Positions 18,307 to 28,742 of a stretch of 64,000 bases of DNA are shown one piece after another. The notes beneath the pieces were generated by a model. The model had not been told where the DNA came from, ran no database searches, and saw only the letters and a list, made by a program, of their open reading frames with translations. How positions within the stretch are numbered: the stretch's first letter is position 1; every line of letters begins with the position of its first letter. The position numbers and the translations under genes are program-made. The DNA is taken from positions 2,181 through 66,180 of the forward strand of contig JABGXB010000003.1 of the NCBI GenBank assembly GCA_018675975.1, in the 5' to 3' direction. Source of the DNA: Candidatus Woesearchaeota archaeon (lineage in GTDB: Archaea; Nanobdellota; Nanobdellia; Woesearchaeales; JABGXB01).

Positions 18307-19887
18307 CTAATCAATAATTTTAGTTTTACCTGGTCTACTTTCCTCAAGCATATCAATTAAAACATCATTTACTTTATCTCTTTCGTCTTTTTTTAAATCT
18401 AATAATAATTGTAATCCATCTGATACAAATGGTAAATATTTTTCAATATATGATTTTTTTCTTATTTGTTCACTTAATCTTTTTTTCTTTTTTATATATG
18501 CACCTAACTTTCTTCCAACATCTTGTAAACTTAATTTTACTTCTTTAATTATTTCAGGATATGGTGCAATTGCTTCTTTAGCTTCACTAGTATAAGGAGT
18601 CCATACTGAACTAATACAAATAAAAAATGCAATTGGTCCAACTGGTACTGCATTTGAACTTTGTTGAAGTCCATAATTTTTCCAATTCATTGATTGAACA
18701 CATTGTGTAAATGCACATGCACCTTTTGAATATAATAATGGAACTCTATTTGCAAATCTTAATATTTGTGCAGGTTCATCATTTTTTAAACCTCCACCCC
18801 ATGCAACTCCAACTTCTATAATAAAAGGATTACCTGTATAAATTGAAACTGGCCTAGATGATGATGCATAAAATTCTGCTGGTATTTCTTTTTCCATTCC
18901 CTTTCTAATTAAGTCTTCACCAATTGGAAAAATACAATTAGTTGGTGGAGCCATTATTTTTACTTTTGGAATTGATTCAATTAATCTTTCTGCTTGTGCA
19001 TGATTTATTTCTGATGGGGATGTTTTTGCAATTATTCCTGCTTCACTCAATATTTGATCTGCAATATTTTTTGAAACTCTTGAGAATGAATTCGTAAAAA
19101 AATCTCTCATATTTTTCTCTTCACTACTTTTAAACATTTTAAGTAATGTTCCAAATTCCACTCCATATGGATGAGGTTTTATTTCCATTGCTTCAGGTGG
19201 TAATTCATCGGTAATCCGTGGATAAATAAATTGTTCTGCACTTGGATTTGTATAAATTATTGTACAATGTGGATTTGCAATTGATGTGTATTTTAAATAT
19301 GTATCAATTGACTGTGCTCCTTTAATATATGAACCAACTAAATCGATTTCAAGTCTAGTACCATTATCTTTATGCCATTCTTTTTCTGATTCTTTTGTAA
19401 TTACTGGTTCATTATTTTCTGTATCGATATATAATTCCATTTCATATGCTTTATGTTTTGAAGATATTCGTGAAATTATTTTAATAGATTTACCTGTTGT
19501 TAATCTTCCATACAATGCCGCAGCAGATATTCCTATACCTTGTTGTCCTCTGGTTTGTTTTAATGCATGAAATTTAGATCCATATAATAATCTGGCAAAA
19601 ATATTTGGTATACTTTTTTTTACTATACCTGGTCCATTATCTTCAACAATAACTCTAAATCTATCACTACCCATATCAATTATTTCTACATTGATTTCAG
19701 GAAGAACTCTAGCTTCTTCACAAGCATCTAATGAATTATCAACTGCTTCTTTAATGGTAGTCATTAAAGCTTTTCTTTTATTATCAAAACCAAGAAGATG
19801 TTTATTCTTTTCAAAAAATTCTGCAATTGAAATTTGTTTATGTGATTTTGCTAATTCTTCAGCTTTAGTTAATTCTTGCTTTGTCAA
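18307..19887 (-). CDS. top6B: DNA topoisomerase VI subunit B (GHKL/Bergerat ATPase)
   Basis: EAVDNSLDACEE (N box), VEDNGPGI (G1 box), GQQGIGISAA (G2). 526 aa, adjacent to top6A. Confidence 0.92.
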   Translation of the reverse strand: MTKQELTKAEELAKSHKQISIAEFFEKNKHLLGFDNKRKALMTTIKEAVDNSLDACEEARVLPEINVEIIDMGSDRFRVIVEDNGPGIVKKSIPNIFARLLYGSKFHALKQTRGQQGIGISAAALYGRLTTGKSIKIISRISSKHKAYEMELYIDTENNEPVITKESEKEWHKDNGTRLEIDLVGSYIKGAQSIDTYLKYTSIANPHCTIIYTNPSAEQFIYPRITDELPPEAMEIKPHPYGVEFGTLLKMFKSSEEKNMRDFFTNSFSRVSKNIADQILSEAGIIAKTSPSEINHAQAERLIESIPKVKIMAPPTNCIFPIGEDLIRKGMEKEIPAEFYASSSRPVSIYTGNPFIIEVGVAWGGGLKNDEPAQILRFANRVPLLYSKGACAFTQCVQSMNWKNYGLQQSSNAVPVGPIAFFICISSVWTPYTSEAKEAIAPYPEIIKEVKLSLQDVGRKLGAYIKKKKRLSEQIRKKSYIEKYLPFVSDGLQLLLDLKKDERDKVNDVLIDMLEESRPGKTKIID

Positions 19888-19992
19888 AATAACCCTCTTT
19901 TAAGTAAATTGAATAGATTAATCCTTATTGTTTATTTTAAAAATAAAAAATTTGATTTATAAATTTGTTGGTAAAATGTTTTAAAATTTACA

Positions 19993-21036
19993 TTAATAAG
20001 AAGATTTGTTTTGTTTTTGAAGTCTTAATAATCCTTCTTTATTACTATCCCACGCTAATTCATATACTTTTAATAATGAATCCATTTCTCGAGTTCTATT
20101 AAAAGATCTTAACCATGGATTATTTTCCGAAAAACCTAAATCATACATAATATCAACTTGATCTATTTGATTTAACTCTTTTTGTTCTTCATCTGATATT
20201 AATTCTATACCAAATTGATTGATTTTTCTTTTACCATAAAATCTGTTATTTATTTTTTTTTGAAATTCAGCTTGTAATTGATATTCAGTAACTGCTGCTA
20301 ATTCTAAATCACTTTCTAATTTTTTTAATAATCCATCTTCTAAAGAATCTTGATTATCAGGAATTTTATTTTTTGTTAATTTTTCAAATTGTTTGTAAAA
20401 CTTACTTAAAATTTCAATATCAAGTTTAGTTAATAGACTTGATTTATCAATTACTGCAAGATTACCTATTTTTGGAAAATTATAGGCTAAATTATATCCA
20501 ATTGGTTCAATCAAATTATTTTTTGCAAATGTATAAATATCTAAGATTGATTCATATGTGTCTATAATATCAAATTCAGATTTATCTAAATTATATAAAT
20601 CAGATTTATAATTATCATGAAAAACTTTATCTTCTTCACTTAAATTTTCATCTTTACATAATTTTTGTTCTAATCTTAAAAAACTTCCACCTGATTTATC
20701 TAAATCTTGAAATGTTTTTCTACTAGTTAAATATTTTTCTCCTAATTCTTCTACAGATTTATACATTTCTTTTAATGTATTTATTTTGTCTTCAGTTTCA
20801 AAATCATTTAAACCTAAATCTGTCAAATAATCATTTATATTTTCAAATGATTTTAGGTATTTTAAAATTACAGTTTGAACACCACCAATAATGTTCAAGT
20901 CCTTTTGACTTTCTTTTAATATATTATTATTTTTTATTAAAACATTTAATGATTCTGTATATTCTGGACACTCGGAGCCAAAGCTACTAAATGTTAATAA
21001 TCCACCTAAAATAATTGAATTTAAAGCTTTATTCAT
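19993..21036 (-). CDS. Hypothetical exported protein
   Basis: Signal-like N-terminus MNKALNSIILGGLLTFSSFGSEC. The rest is helical. No family recognised. Confidence 0.55.
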   Translation of the reverse strand: MNKALNSIILGGLLTFSSFGSECPEYTESLNVLIKNNNILKESQKDLNIIGGVQTVILKYLKSFENINDYLTDLGLNDFETEDKINTLKEMYKSVEELGEKYLTSRKTFQDLDKSGGSFLRLEQKLCKDENLSEEDKVFHDNYKSDLYNLDKSEFDIIDTYESILDIYTFAKNNLIEPIGYNLAYNFPKIGNLAVIDKSSLLTKLDIEILSKFYKQFEKLTKNKIPDNQDSLEDGLLKKLESDLELAAVTEYQLQAEFQKKINNRFYGKRKINQFGIELISDEEQKELNQIDQVDIMYDLGFSENNPWLRSFNRTREMDSLLKVYELAWDSNKEGLLRLQKQNKSSY

Positions 21037-21123
21037 TAAATAGTGGTGACTTTAGTAATTTATAAACATTTCTCTGATTATTATGTAATAAACTTAATAA
21101 ATAGGTAAATAACACTTAATTTG

Positions 21124-21405
21124 ATGAATTATAAATGTAAAGCAATGCTAATTAATAGGAAAAAAAATAGGGCTGATGATATGGAATATGTTCATATTAC
21201 ATTATATTCAAAAAATAATCCAACTATTTCAGGTGAAATGCCTATATTGGATTTAGAGTTTACTGAGGTGAAAAAAGCTCATATGTTCAATCTTACATTA
21301 AATTTTCTTACTGAGGGTAATGATATTGAAGTAAATAATTTAGAAGAAATTAATATTGATGTAAAAAATGATATGGTATTGATTGAAGGCAAGCAAAATA
21401 TTTAA
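21124..21405 (+). CDS. Hypothetical protein (ATG at 21124, one codon inside the TTG-initiated track ORF)
   Basis: ORF track only. No motifs. Confidence 0.4.
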   Translation: MNYKCKAMLINRKKNRADDMEYVHITLYSKNNPTISGEMPILDLEFTEVKKAHMFNLTLNFLTEGNDIEVNNLEEINIDVKNDMVLIEGKQNI

Positions 21406-21406
21406 A

Positions 21407-21574
21407 ATGAAATGTAAAATATGTAATTCTGCAATAAATACTACTTTTTTAAATAAAATTATAGGAACTCACGTTAAAGATAAAGATGGTCATAAACATT
21501 TAGTTTGTTTTGAGTGTCAAAGTGAATATTCTAAAAAATTTGATGAATTAAAATTAAAATTATCTGATAATTAA
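21407..21574 (+). CDS. Small zinc-ribbon protein (start moved to MKCKICNS, directly after the upstream stop)
   Basis: Two CxxC pairs (CKICNS ... CFECQS). The ATG at 21407 follows the TAA at 21403-21405 by one nucleotide. Confidence 0.45.
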   Translation: MKCKICNSAINTTFLNKIIGTHVKDKDGHKHLVCFECQSEYSKKFDELKLKLSDN

Positions 21575-21665
21575 TTTATCTTATTTAGCTTTTTATTGAT
21601 TAATTATACATTTAAGGTGCATTTTTGATAGTTAAATATTTAAATTTGTTCATATTTTACATTTT

Positions 21666-22472
21666 ATGAGGTTACTTAATTTTGTTTCTAACAATTTAAA
21701 TGGACCTATTGATATTAGATATGGTACTTTACCTGATGTTGAATTAAATCGTAATAAAATATTTTCTAATTTGGATTTAGATCAAAATAATTTAATAAAA
21801 TTAAATGTTCAAAATAAATCTGAAGTATTATTTTTAATTAATGAAAATAGGGATGAATGGCAAAAACATATGGGTGTTTGGCAAAGAGGTAATGGCCTTA
21901 AGTGCGATGCAATTATTACTAATATAAAAAATTTAATTTTAGAATGTAATCCTGGGGATTGTGGAATTTATACTTTATTTCATAATAATTATAATTTAAT
22001 GGCAATGGTTCATAGTGGACGACAGGGTTCAATTGAAAAAATATTAAAAAAAACAATTGAAAAGATGGCTAAGTATGTAAAAGTTGATATTAAGGATTTT
22101 ACAAAACAATTATGTGTAGATATGTCTCCTGCAATTAAAGGTAAAAATTATATTATTGATTATTTAATTTTAGATAGATTTGAAATTACAAATTGGATGG
22201 ATTTTTTGGGTTGTGAATCCTTAGACTTAATTGATTATCCTAATAGTTCTAAAGTGAAATTAGTTTTTAGTGAAGTTAATAAAAAAATTAAATTTGATTT
22301 TATTGGCTTTAATAAAAAATTATTATTAAATTTAGGTGTTGATGAAACAAATATAAAAATTAGTGAGATTTGTACATATGAACATAAAGATTTTCCTTCA
22401 TATTATAAATATTTAAAAGGTTTAGATAATGATGGTCGTTTTATGGTATTATCTTCAATGATTGATAAATAA
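21666..22472 (+). CDS. Possible YfiH/PgeF (DUF152, Cu-oxidase_4) family protein
   Basis: CDAIITN...LECNPGDCGIYTLF...MAMVHSGRQGS resembles the D-A-x-x-T ... ADC-x-P ... HAGWRG core of the family. Divergent, and assigned from recall only. Confidence 0.45.
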   Translation: MRLLNFVSNNLNGPIDIRYGTLPDVELNRNKIFSNLDLDQNNLIKLNVQNKSEVLFLINENRDEWQKHMGVWQRGNGLKCDAIITNIKNLILECNPGDCGIYTLFHNNYNLMAMVHSGRQGSIEKILKKTIEKMAKYVKVDIKDFTKQLCVDMSPAIKGKNYIIDYLILDRFEITNWMDFLGCESLDLIDYPNSSKVKLVFSEVNKKIKFDFIGFNKKLLLNLGVDETNIKISEICTYEHKDFPSYYKYLKGLDNDGRFMVLSSMIDK

Positions 22473-22501
22473 ATTTAAAAACGACATTAGTTTTAATTAA
22501 T

Positions 22502-23092
22502 TTGAGGTGGAATTTGTTAATTAGTAATTATGATGCTTTTTTAAAATCATTATCTGAATTATTTGAATTAGTAAGTTTAGAATCTAATATTAAAACTCAG
22601 CCCAATTTATCCTATTCAAAAATTAAATTAAATCTAATAAAAAATATATATAAATTTATTTTAAATGAAACTAAATTATTAGATAAAAATTGCAAATTAA
22701 TAATTAATTATTTTAATAAACATAAAGATGATGATGAATTGCATAATAAATTAAATTCATATTCTAAAAAACTAAATACTTCAATTTTTGAATTAAAATT
22801 ACATTCTAATTCATTTAGTAGTATAATAAATCAATTATTTGAAATTGAATATATAGAAAATGAATTTATTCATGATAGAGATTTGAATGAAAAACAATAT
22901 TTAATTTATTTAAATTCAGTTAATGATATTTTATATATAATTGATAATATTTTAAAACAATTAATGATTTTAAGTAGTAAAGATTGTTTTAGTAAAATAA
23001 GTGGTTCTATTAATATGATTAATGAAAGTTTAAAATTAATTAATGAAAAATTTATGGGTTTAAAGTTAAAGATTGCTGTAAATCATAATTAG
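22502..23092 (+). CDS. Hypothetical helical protein (start uncertain; GAGGTGG at 22504-22510 may be a ribosome-binding site rather than coding)
   Basis: ORF track only. N/K/L-rich helical sequence. Confidence 0.4.
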   Translation: MRWNLLISNYDAFLKSLSELFELVSLESNIKTQPNLSYSKIKLNLIKNIYKFILNETKLLDKNCKLIINYFNKHKDDDELHNKLNSYSKKLNTSIFELKLHSNSFSSIINQLFEIEYIENEFIHDRDLNEKQYLIYLNSVNDILYIIDNILKQLMILSSKDCFSKISGSINMINESLKLINEKFMGLKLKIAVNHN

Positions 23093-23474
23093 GTTTTTTT
23101 ATTTCTGGTTCAAATATCATAAGATTTTCTTTAATGGTTTTAAATCCATGTTTTTTATAAAATGTCATTAATTGTTCTAAATTTAAACTTTCATCATAAG
23201 GAACAGCTTGATTATATATTTTATATTGATGCTCATTAGCTTTTCCAATTACTTTTTTTAAAATAAGATTAGCAAAACCCTGTCCTCTAAAATCATCATC
23301 TATAAATAATCTATTAAAAAAAAACCAATCAAAACATTTAGAATATTCTAAATTTGCAATACCAACTCTATTTCCATTCATATTTGCTAAATGATATAAG
23401 TGAATACCTCTAGGTCTAAATATTTCATATTCTTGAAAGTTTTTCCCTTTATAATCAATTATATTTGTATCCAT
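23052..23474 (-). CDS. GNAT-family N-acetyltransferase
   Basis: FIDDDFRGQGFANLILKKVIGKA matches the acetyl-CoA motif A (R/Q-x-x-G-x-G/A). The 140-aa size is typical. Confidence 0.7.
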   Translation of the reverse strand: MDTNIIDYKGKNFQEYEIFRPRGIHLYHLANMNGNRVGIANLEYSKCFDWFFFNRLFIDDDFRGQGFANLILKKVIGKANEHQYKIYNQAVPYDESLNLEQLMTFYKKHGFKTIKENLMIFEPEIKKPNYDLQQSLTLNP

Positions 23475-23536
23475 GCACCCTACAAAAATTTATTTTTTAT
23501 AAAAGTATTTATATATAATTATAATTTAGTATTATT

Positions 23537-23779
23537 ATGAAAAAATGTTTATTTTTAATTTTATTAATTATTTTAATATTATTTGCATATAATATTGATT
23601 TTAATAAAGAAGAAGAAATTGATTCTTGTATAACATTATATGAACCTGTTTGTGGTAAAATACAAGTACAATGTATTACCACTCCTTGTAATCCAGTAGA
23701 ACAGACTTTTTCTAATATGTGTGAAGCAAATAAAGTAAATGCCTTTGACATAAAACAAGGTGAATGTAGTATTAATTAA
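23537..23779 (+). CDS. Small secreted six-cysteine protein, Kazal-like protease-inhibitor fold candidate
   Basis: Signal peptide MKKCLFLILLIILILFAY, then C-x-x-x-YEPVCG ... TFSNMCEA ... GEC. The PVCG and T-(Y/F)-x-N-x-C-x-A elements are the Kazal hallmarks. Confidence 0.5.
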   Translation: MKKCLFLILLIILILFAYNIDFNKEEEIDSCITLYEPVCGKIQVQCITTPCNPVEQTFSNMCEANKVNAFDIKQGECSIN

Positions 23780-23832
23780 TATTTATTTTTTAGTTTAGAA
23801 ATATTAATAAACAATTTTACTTTATTTTCAAT

Positions 23833-25182
23833 ATGGAATTAATATTAATTGACTATATTTTTATGATAATATATTTATTAATTTTAATTGCAATTGGATA
23901 TTATTCATCAAGAAAACAAAGTGATGAGAGTTTTTTAATATCGGAGAGAAAATTAGGTATTTTATCTGGTATTGCAACTATCAATGCAACAAAAACTGGT
24001 GCAATATTATTAGTTTTCACTGCATTACTTTATCTTTATGGATTTTCAGCAATGTGGTATTTTATTGGGGTTATTTTAGGTTTTTTAATTTTTTTACCAT
24101 TTTCAAATATTTTATATAATAAATCAGAAAAAAAATATTACACATTATCAGATTATTTTTATCACAATTATGGAAAAACATCTTCATATTTTGCTTCACT
24201 TATAACTATTATTACAATGCTTGGTTTTTTAATTAGTAATCTTATTGCAGCTTCAAAAGTATTGGAATATTTTACTGGTTTAAGTTATGCTTCTTCAGCA
24301 ATTTTAGTTTCAATTATTGTATTAATTTATCTTCTTATGGCCGGTTTTAAAGCTGTAGTTAAAACTGATGTATTACAATATATAGCAATTGTATTTGTAC
24401 TTGCAACATTTTTAATAGTTTTATCTAATGGAGTTTCAATTCCTGCTAGTGAATGGAATTTATTTGGAGCTGGAACAACAAATATAGTTGGTTTTTTATT
24501 AATTGGAATGTTATTTCCTTTTGCTTCTCCTGATTTATGGCAAAGAGTATTTGCATTTCCTGATAATAAAACATTAAGAAAAAGTCTTTTTGGTTCAATT
24601 TTTGTTTTTTTAATAGTTGCAGTAATTTTAGCAATTGTAGGATTATTAATTAAAGTACAATTACCTAATTTAGATCCGGATGTAGCACTATTACATGGAT
24701 TTAGTCAATTATTACCAAGTGGATTAACTGGGCTTGCAATAGTAGTGTTTTTTGCTGCATTTATGTCTTCAATAGATACTTATGTTTATACTGCATCTTC
24801 ATCTTTTGTTCAAAATTTTTTAAGAAAAGCAAATAAAAGTAAAATAGTTTCAAAAATAAGATTAACAATTTTTGCAATGACTGCAATCGCAACATATTTA
24901 GCAATTACGATTGCAAATTTAATTGAAGCATCTTTTATTTTTGCTGCATATGTTGTGGTACTTGCAATACCAGTATTAGCAACATGGATTAAAAAATCAA
25001 TTCAACCTATGACATTAAATATAACTTTTTTAATTGGATTGGCTACTTTAACTATTTTTGTTATAATTGATTTTAATAATAATATTTTAACTCCTGCAAT
25101 TGTATTAAAAGGAATAGCTGGAACATTATTGGGTTTAATTATAGGTTCTATAGTTTCATATTTTAAAAGAAATAAAAATTAA
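23833..25182 (+). CDS. Sodium:solute symporter (SSS) family transporter
   Basis: 449 aa, about 12-13 TM. The N-terminal pattern IGYYSSRKQSDESFLISERKLGILSGIATINATKTGA is typical of SSS proteins. Confidence 0.65.
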   Translation: MELILIDYIFMIIYLLILIAIGYYSSRKQSDESFLISERKLGILSGIATINATKTGAILLVFTALLYLYGFSAMWYFIGVILGFLIFLPFSNILYNKSEKKYYTLSDYFYHNYGKTSSYFASLITIITMLGFLISNLIAASKVLEYFTGLSYASSAILVSIIVLIYLLMAGFKAVVKTDVLQYIAIVFVLATFLIVLSNGVSIPASEWNLFGAGTTNIVGFLLIGMLFPFASPDLWQRVFAFPDNKTLRKSLFGSIFVFLIVAVILAIVGLLIKVQLPNLDPDVALLHGFSQLLPSGLTGLAIVVFFAAFMSSIDTYVYTASSSFVQNFLRKANKSKIVSKIRLTIFAMTAIATYLAITIANLIEASFIFAAYVVVLAIPVLATWIKKSIQPMTLNITFLIGLATLTIFVIIDFNNNILTPAIVLKGIAGTLLGLIIGSIVSYFKRNKN

Positions 25183-26948
25183 TCTAAATGTTTTTTAACT
25201 GATTTTAAATACAAGTTCCATTGTTTTTTAAATTTAGGAGATTGTTTTATTAATTCATCTAAAGTACCATTTGCAATTATCTTTCCAGCTTCAAAATAAA
25301 TTATTCTATCAAACATCGGAAGTAAATGTAATCTATGAATGGATGAAATAATTGTTTTGTTTTTAAATTTTGAAAATAATGTTTGATATATCATTGATTC
25401 ATTAACTGAATCTACACTACTTGTTGGTTCATCTAATAGTACTATTTGTTTGTCAACGGACGCTAATATACCTCTTACTAAAGCTAATCTTTGTTTTTCT
25501 CCACCAGATAAATTAACTCCTTTTTCTCTGATTTTTGACTTATATTGATTAGGTAAACGCATTGCAACTGAATCAAAACGTGCAACTTTTGCTAATTGTC
25601 TAATATAAGATAATTTATGACTTATTCCTAGAGTAATATTATTTAATATAGTTGAATCAAATATTTCTGGTTCTTGTGGAATTAATGAAATACTATTTTT
25701 TATTTGACCAAAATTATATTTTAATTTTTTATTATCTAAAAATATATGTCCACTCTCAATTGGATATAAATCTCTTAATATTTTTAAGAAAGTAGTTTTT
25801 CCACTTCCACTCTCTCCAATAAAAGCAACTTTTTCATTTCGTTTTATTGTAAGTGAAATATTTTTTAAATTAACTTTATTATCATAGCCAAAATTTAAAT
25901 TTTTAATTTCTAATTCTTTCCAATTATGCATATCTATTTGTTTTGGTTGTTTAATATTTTCAAATTGATCAGAGATTACTTTACCATTTTCAATACTAGC
26001 TTTTTGAGTCACCCATTTACTATAATACATACTAAATCTAAAAAATTGATTATTGATTTTTTCAACATAGGACCATAATGCAAATAATGTTCCTGCCATT
26101 ATGATTCCTGTACCATAATAAGAAGATAATACATAAGTAGCTAAAATTATAACCATAAAGGATCTAACTAAAATGCCAACAAAAAACCACTTATATTCAT
26201 TTATTTTAAAATCAGCAACTGATACTTTATATGGACTCATAAATTTTAAAAATAAAGATTTTGAAATTAATTTTTCTAATCTTAAAATTATTATTGTAGT
26301 AATATTACTAATAGAATCATATAATTTAGCTGAAATTTGATTTTCTTTTATCATTCTTTCTTTTTGTAAACTAATTAGTTTTTTATCATATTTGTCAATA
26401 ATAATCCAAATTAAAAATAGAAAAATTAGTACTGTATATGATGCATGAATATTAAAATAAAGAATAATTAAATATGCACCAATCATATTAAATAAAGAGT
26501 CAATAATTAAATATGTTTCAGCACTAAATTTTTTTAAAGCATCACAACCCTTATCTATTTTATCAATTGTATTTCCACTATGATTATCTGTATGCCATTT
26601 TTGTGGAAGTGAAATGATTCCATTAAACATAAATTTTCTATAATTATTTTTAATATGAAATGCATTTGTTCTTTCAATAATTCTAGATGGTCCATGAAAT
26701 AACCATTTTACAATTTCAATAATTAAAATTAATGATATATAGAATAATATTGTTTTTATATTATTTGAATTAACACCAGTTTCTTGAATAATATTAAAAA
26801 TATTGGCAATTATTAAAGGTAAAATTAATCCTAAAACATTTGACATTGTAGATAGAAAATAAACTAAAACGACATATTTCTTTCTATCTTGCGAAAATTT
26901 CCACATTTCCCTAAACAAAAAAGGAATTGGATTGTTTAAGTTAAACAT
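25179..26948 (-). CDS. ABC exporter, fused permease and ATPase (MsbA/MdlB-like half transporter)
   Basis: N-terminal 6-TM domain. Walker A GESGSGKTT, signature LSGGEKQRLAL, Walker B IVLLDEPTSSVD. Confidence 0.9.
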   Translation of the reverse strand: MFNLNNPIPFLFREMWKFSQDRKKYVVLVYFLSTMSNVLGLILPLIIANIFNIIQETGVNSNNIKTILFYISLILIIEIVKWLFHGPSRIIERTNAFHIKNNYRKFMFNGIISLPQKWHTDNHSGNTIDKIDKGCDALKKFSAETYLIIDSLFNMIGAYLIILYFNIHASYTVLIFLFLIWIIIDKYDKKLISLQKERMIKENQISAKLYDSISNITTIIILRLEKLISKSLFLKFMSPYKVSVADFKINEYKWFFVGILVRSFMVIILATYVLSSYYGTGIIMAGTLFALWSYVEKINNQFFRFSMYYSKWVTQKASIENGKVISDQFENIKQPKQIDMHNWKELEIKNLNFGYDNKVNLKNISLTIKRNEKVAFIGESGSGKTTFLKILRDLYPIESGHIFLDNKKLKYNFGQIKNSISLIPQEPEIFDSTILNNITLGISHKLSYIRQLAKVARFDSVAMRLPNQYKSKIREKGVNLSGGEKQRLALVRGILASVDKQIVLLDEPTSSVDSVNESMIYQTLFSKFKNKTIISSIHRLHLLPMFDRIIYFEAGKIIANGTLDELIKQSPKFKKQWNLYLKSVKKHLD

Positions 26949-26994
26949 AATATAATAATCAATTATGGTTTTATAAATATATTCTTGAAAATAT

Positions 26995-27546
26995 TTAATT
27001 CAAAACAATAACATTTGATGTTGATGGAGGTTTGTTCATCCATATTTTTAATTTATCTATTTCATTTTTTTGAATTTCAATTTGATTTTTATATTTACTT
27101 TTTATTTCTGACAATGTATTTTCTAAATTATTTATATATGGTTCATCAAATTTTCCTTTAGCTTTTTCTAATTGTAATGCTTGTTGAATTATATATGCAC
27201 TTTTAAAAAACAATTTATTTTGTTCAAGTACTTTTTTTTGTTGAGTAGAAACTAAATCAAGATTTCCAAATAATAATGATGATCCATATTTGCATAAACT
27301 TCTTATTGGATGAATTTCACTAAAATCTTCAGGTAACTCTTTTTGTTTTATCATTCCTTCTAATTCAGAGTAGTAAACAATATGCATTACATTTTTTATT
27401 AAAAATTCATGTGAATCATATTGATTATTATCAATTAGTTCTCCTACTTTTTTATCTAAATCAAATAAAACTCCATTTAATCTAAATAAATCTGATTGTT
27501 TTATATCTTCAATTTGTTTATTATATAGTTCAAATGTAATATACAT
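26995..27546 (-). CDS. Hypothetical protein
   Basis: 183-aa helical ORF. No family recognised. Confidence 0.5.
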   Translation of the reverse strand: MYITFELYNKQIEDIKQSDLFRLNGVLFDLDKKVGELIDNNQYDSHEFLIKNVMHIVYYSELEGMIKQKELPEDFSEIHPIRSLCKYGSSLLFGNLDLVSTQQKKVLEQNKLFFKSAYIIQQALQLEKAKGKFDEPYINNLENTLSEIKSKYKNQIEIQKNEIDKLKIWMNKPPSTSNVIVLN

Positions 27547-27639
27547 GTGATTGGTTAAATTTTTTTGTTTATAAAATTAATTAAAATATATCTAAACTAT
27601 TACAATAAATATTAAAAACAAATTCAATTATTTTTTATT

Positions 27640-27990
27640 ATGAAAAGACTATTTAAAATAAAAGATTCTGGTAAGCGAGTTAAATTAAAAAGTGGTTTAG
27701 TAAGAGAAGCATTTGATCATAAAATTGATTATACTCTCTGCGATATGGATATGTTAACAAGATGGGCTGAATTAATGACTAGAGGTATTAACAAATATGG
27801 AAGAACTTCTTGGAAAAAATCTCATTCTCAAGAAGAATTGGATAAATTTAAATCATCTGCATTTAGACATTTTATTCAATGGATTAATGAAGTAGAAGAT
27901 GGTGAAGATCATGGGGCTGCGGTATTTTTTAATATTGCAACAGTTGAAATGATTAAAAAAAAATTAAATAAAAATAAAAAATATTTTTAA
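27640..27990 (+). CDS. Phage-associated DUF5664-like protein (dATP/dGTP diphosphohydrolase N-terminal-like domain)
   Basis: KDSGKRVKLKSGLVRE...RWAELMTRGINKYGRTSWKK...SSAFRHFIQW...EDGEDHGAAVFFNIATVEM matches the pattern I recall for this family: DSGK, KYG-x-x-NW, RH, (D/E)DH. Confidence 0.45.
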   Translation: MKRLFKIKDSGKRVKLKSGLVREAFDHKIDYTLCDMDMLTRWAELMTRGINKYGRTSWKKSHSQEELDKFKSSAFRHFIQWINEVEDGEDHGAAVFFNIATVEMIKKKLNKNKKYF

Positions 27991-28035
27991 GAGTGAAGAG
28001 GAATAATTTATATAATTGTTGTAATTTTATTTTTT

Positions 28036-28695
28036 ATGAATAAAGAATTGATAATTGAAAAATCTATAAATTATGTAAAAGAAACATTAAATAATTCTTC
28101 AAGTAGTCATGATTGGTGGCATATTTATAGAGTTTGGAACTTAGCCAAACAAATTTCTCAAAATGAAAACTCAGATTTATTTATTGTTGAATTAGGTGCT
28201 TTATTTCATGATATAGCTGAGGCTAAATTCTATAATGGTGATGAAACTATAGGTCCAATAAAAGCAAAAGAATTTTTGACTTCATTGAATATAGAAAATA
28301 ATATTATTGATCATGTAATAAAAATAATTGAAAATATTTCTTTTAAAAATACTTTTAATGATAGTCAAAACCAATTTAAATCAATAGAACTTGATATTGT
28401 TCAAGATGCTGATAGATTAGATGGCATGGGTGCAATTGGAATTGCAAGAACATTTACTTTTAGTGGATACAAGGGTAATCCTATTCATGATCCTAATATT
28501 AAACCAAACTTAAATAAAACTAAAGATGAATATAAACACGCTGATTGTACTACTATAAATCATTTTTATGAAAAACTTCTTTTATTAAAAGATAAAATTA
28601 ATACTAAGACTGGAAAAATCATGGCTGAGCATAGACATAGAATCATGGAAGAATATTTAGAAGAGTTCTATAAAGAATGGGAGGGTAGATTTTAA
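28036..28695 (+). CDS. HD-domain phosphohydrolase (YedJ-like)
   Basis: H...HD metal motif (WWHIYRV ... LFHDIAE) and downstream DADRLDGMGAIGIAR. Confidence 0.8.
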   Translation: MNKELIIEKSINYVKETLNNSSSSHDWWHIYRVWNLAKQISQNENSDLFIVELGALFHDIAEAKFYNGDETIGPIKAKEFLTSLNIENNIIDHVIKIIENISFKNTFNDSQNQFKSIELDIVQDADRLDGMGAIGIARTFTFSGYKGNPIHDPNIKPNLNKTKDEYKHADCTTINHFYEKLLLLKDKINTKTGKIMAEHRHRIMEEYLEEFYKEWEGRF

Positions 28696-28742
28696 TTAAA
28701 TTTATATAATTCTTAAATTAATTTTATCTCTTTTTTTATAAT

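Noticed and set aside
26995-28695. A provirus or integrated element around the phage-type DUF5664-like gene.
   Set aside because: I could recognise no integrase, capsid, terminase or portal gene, no flanking tRNA and no direct repeats. The surrounding genes are ordinary cellular types (ABC exporter, HD hydrolase, reductase).
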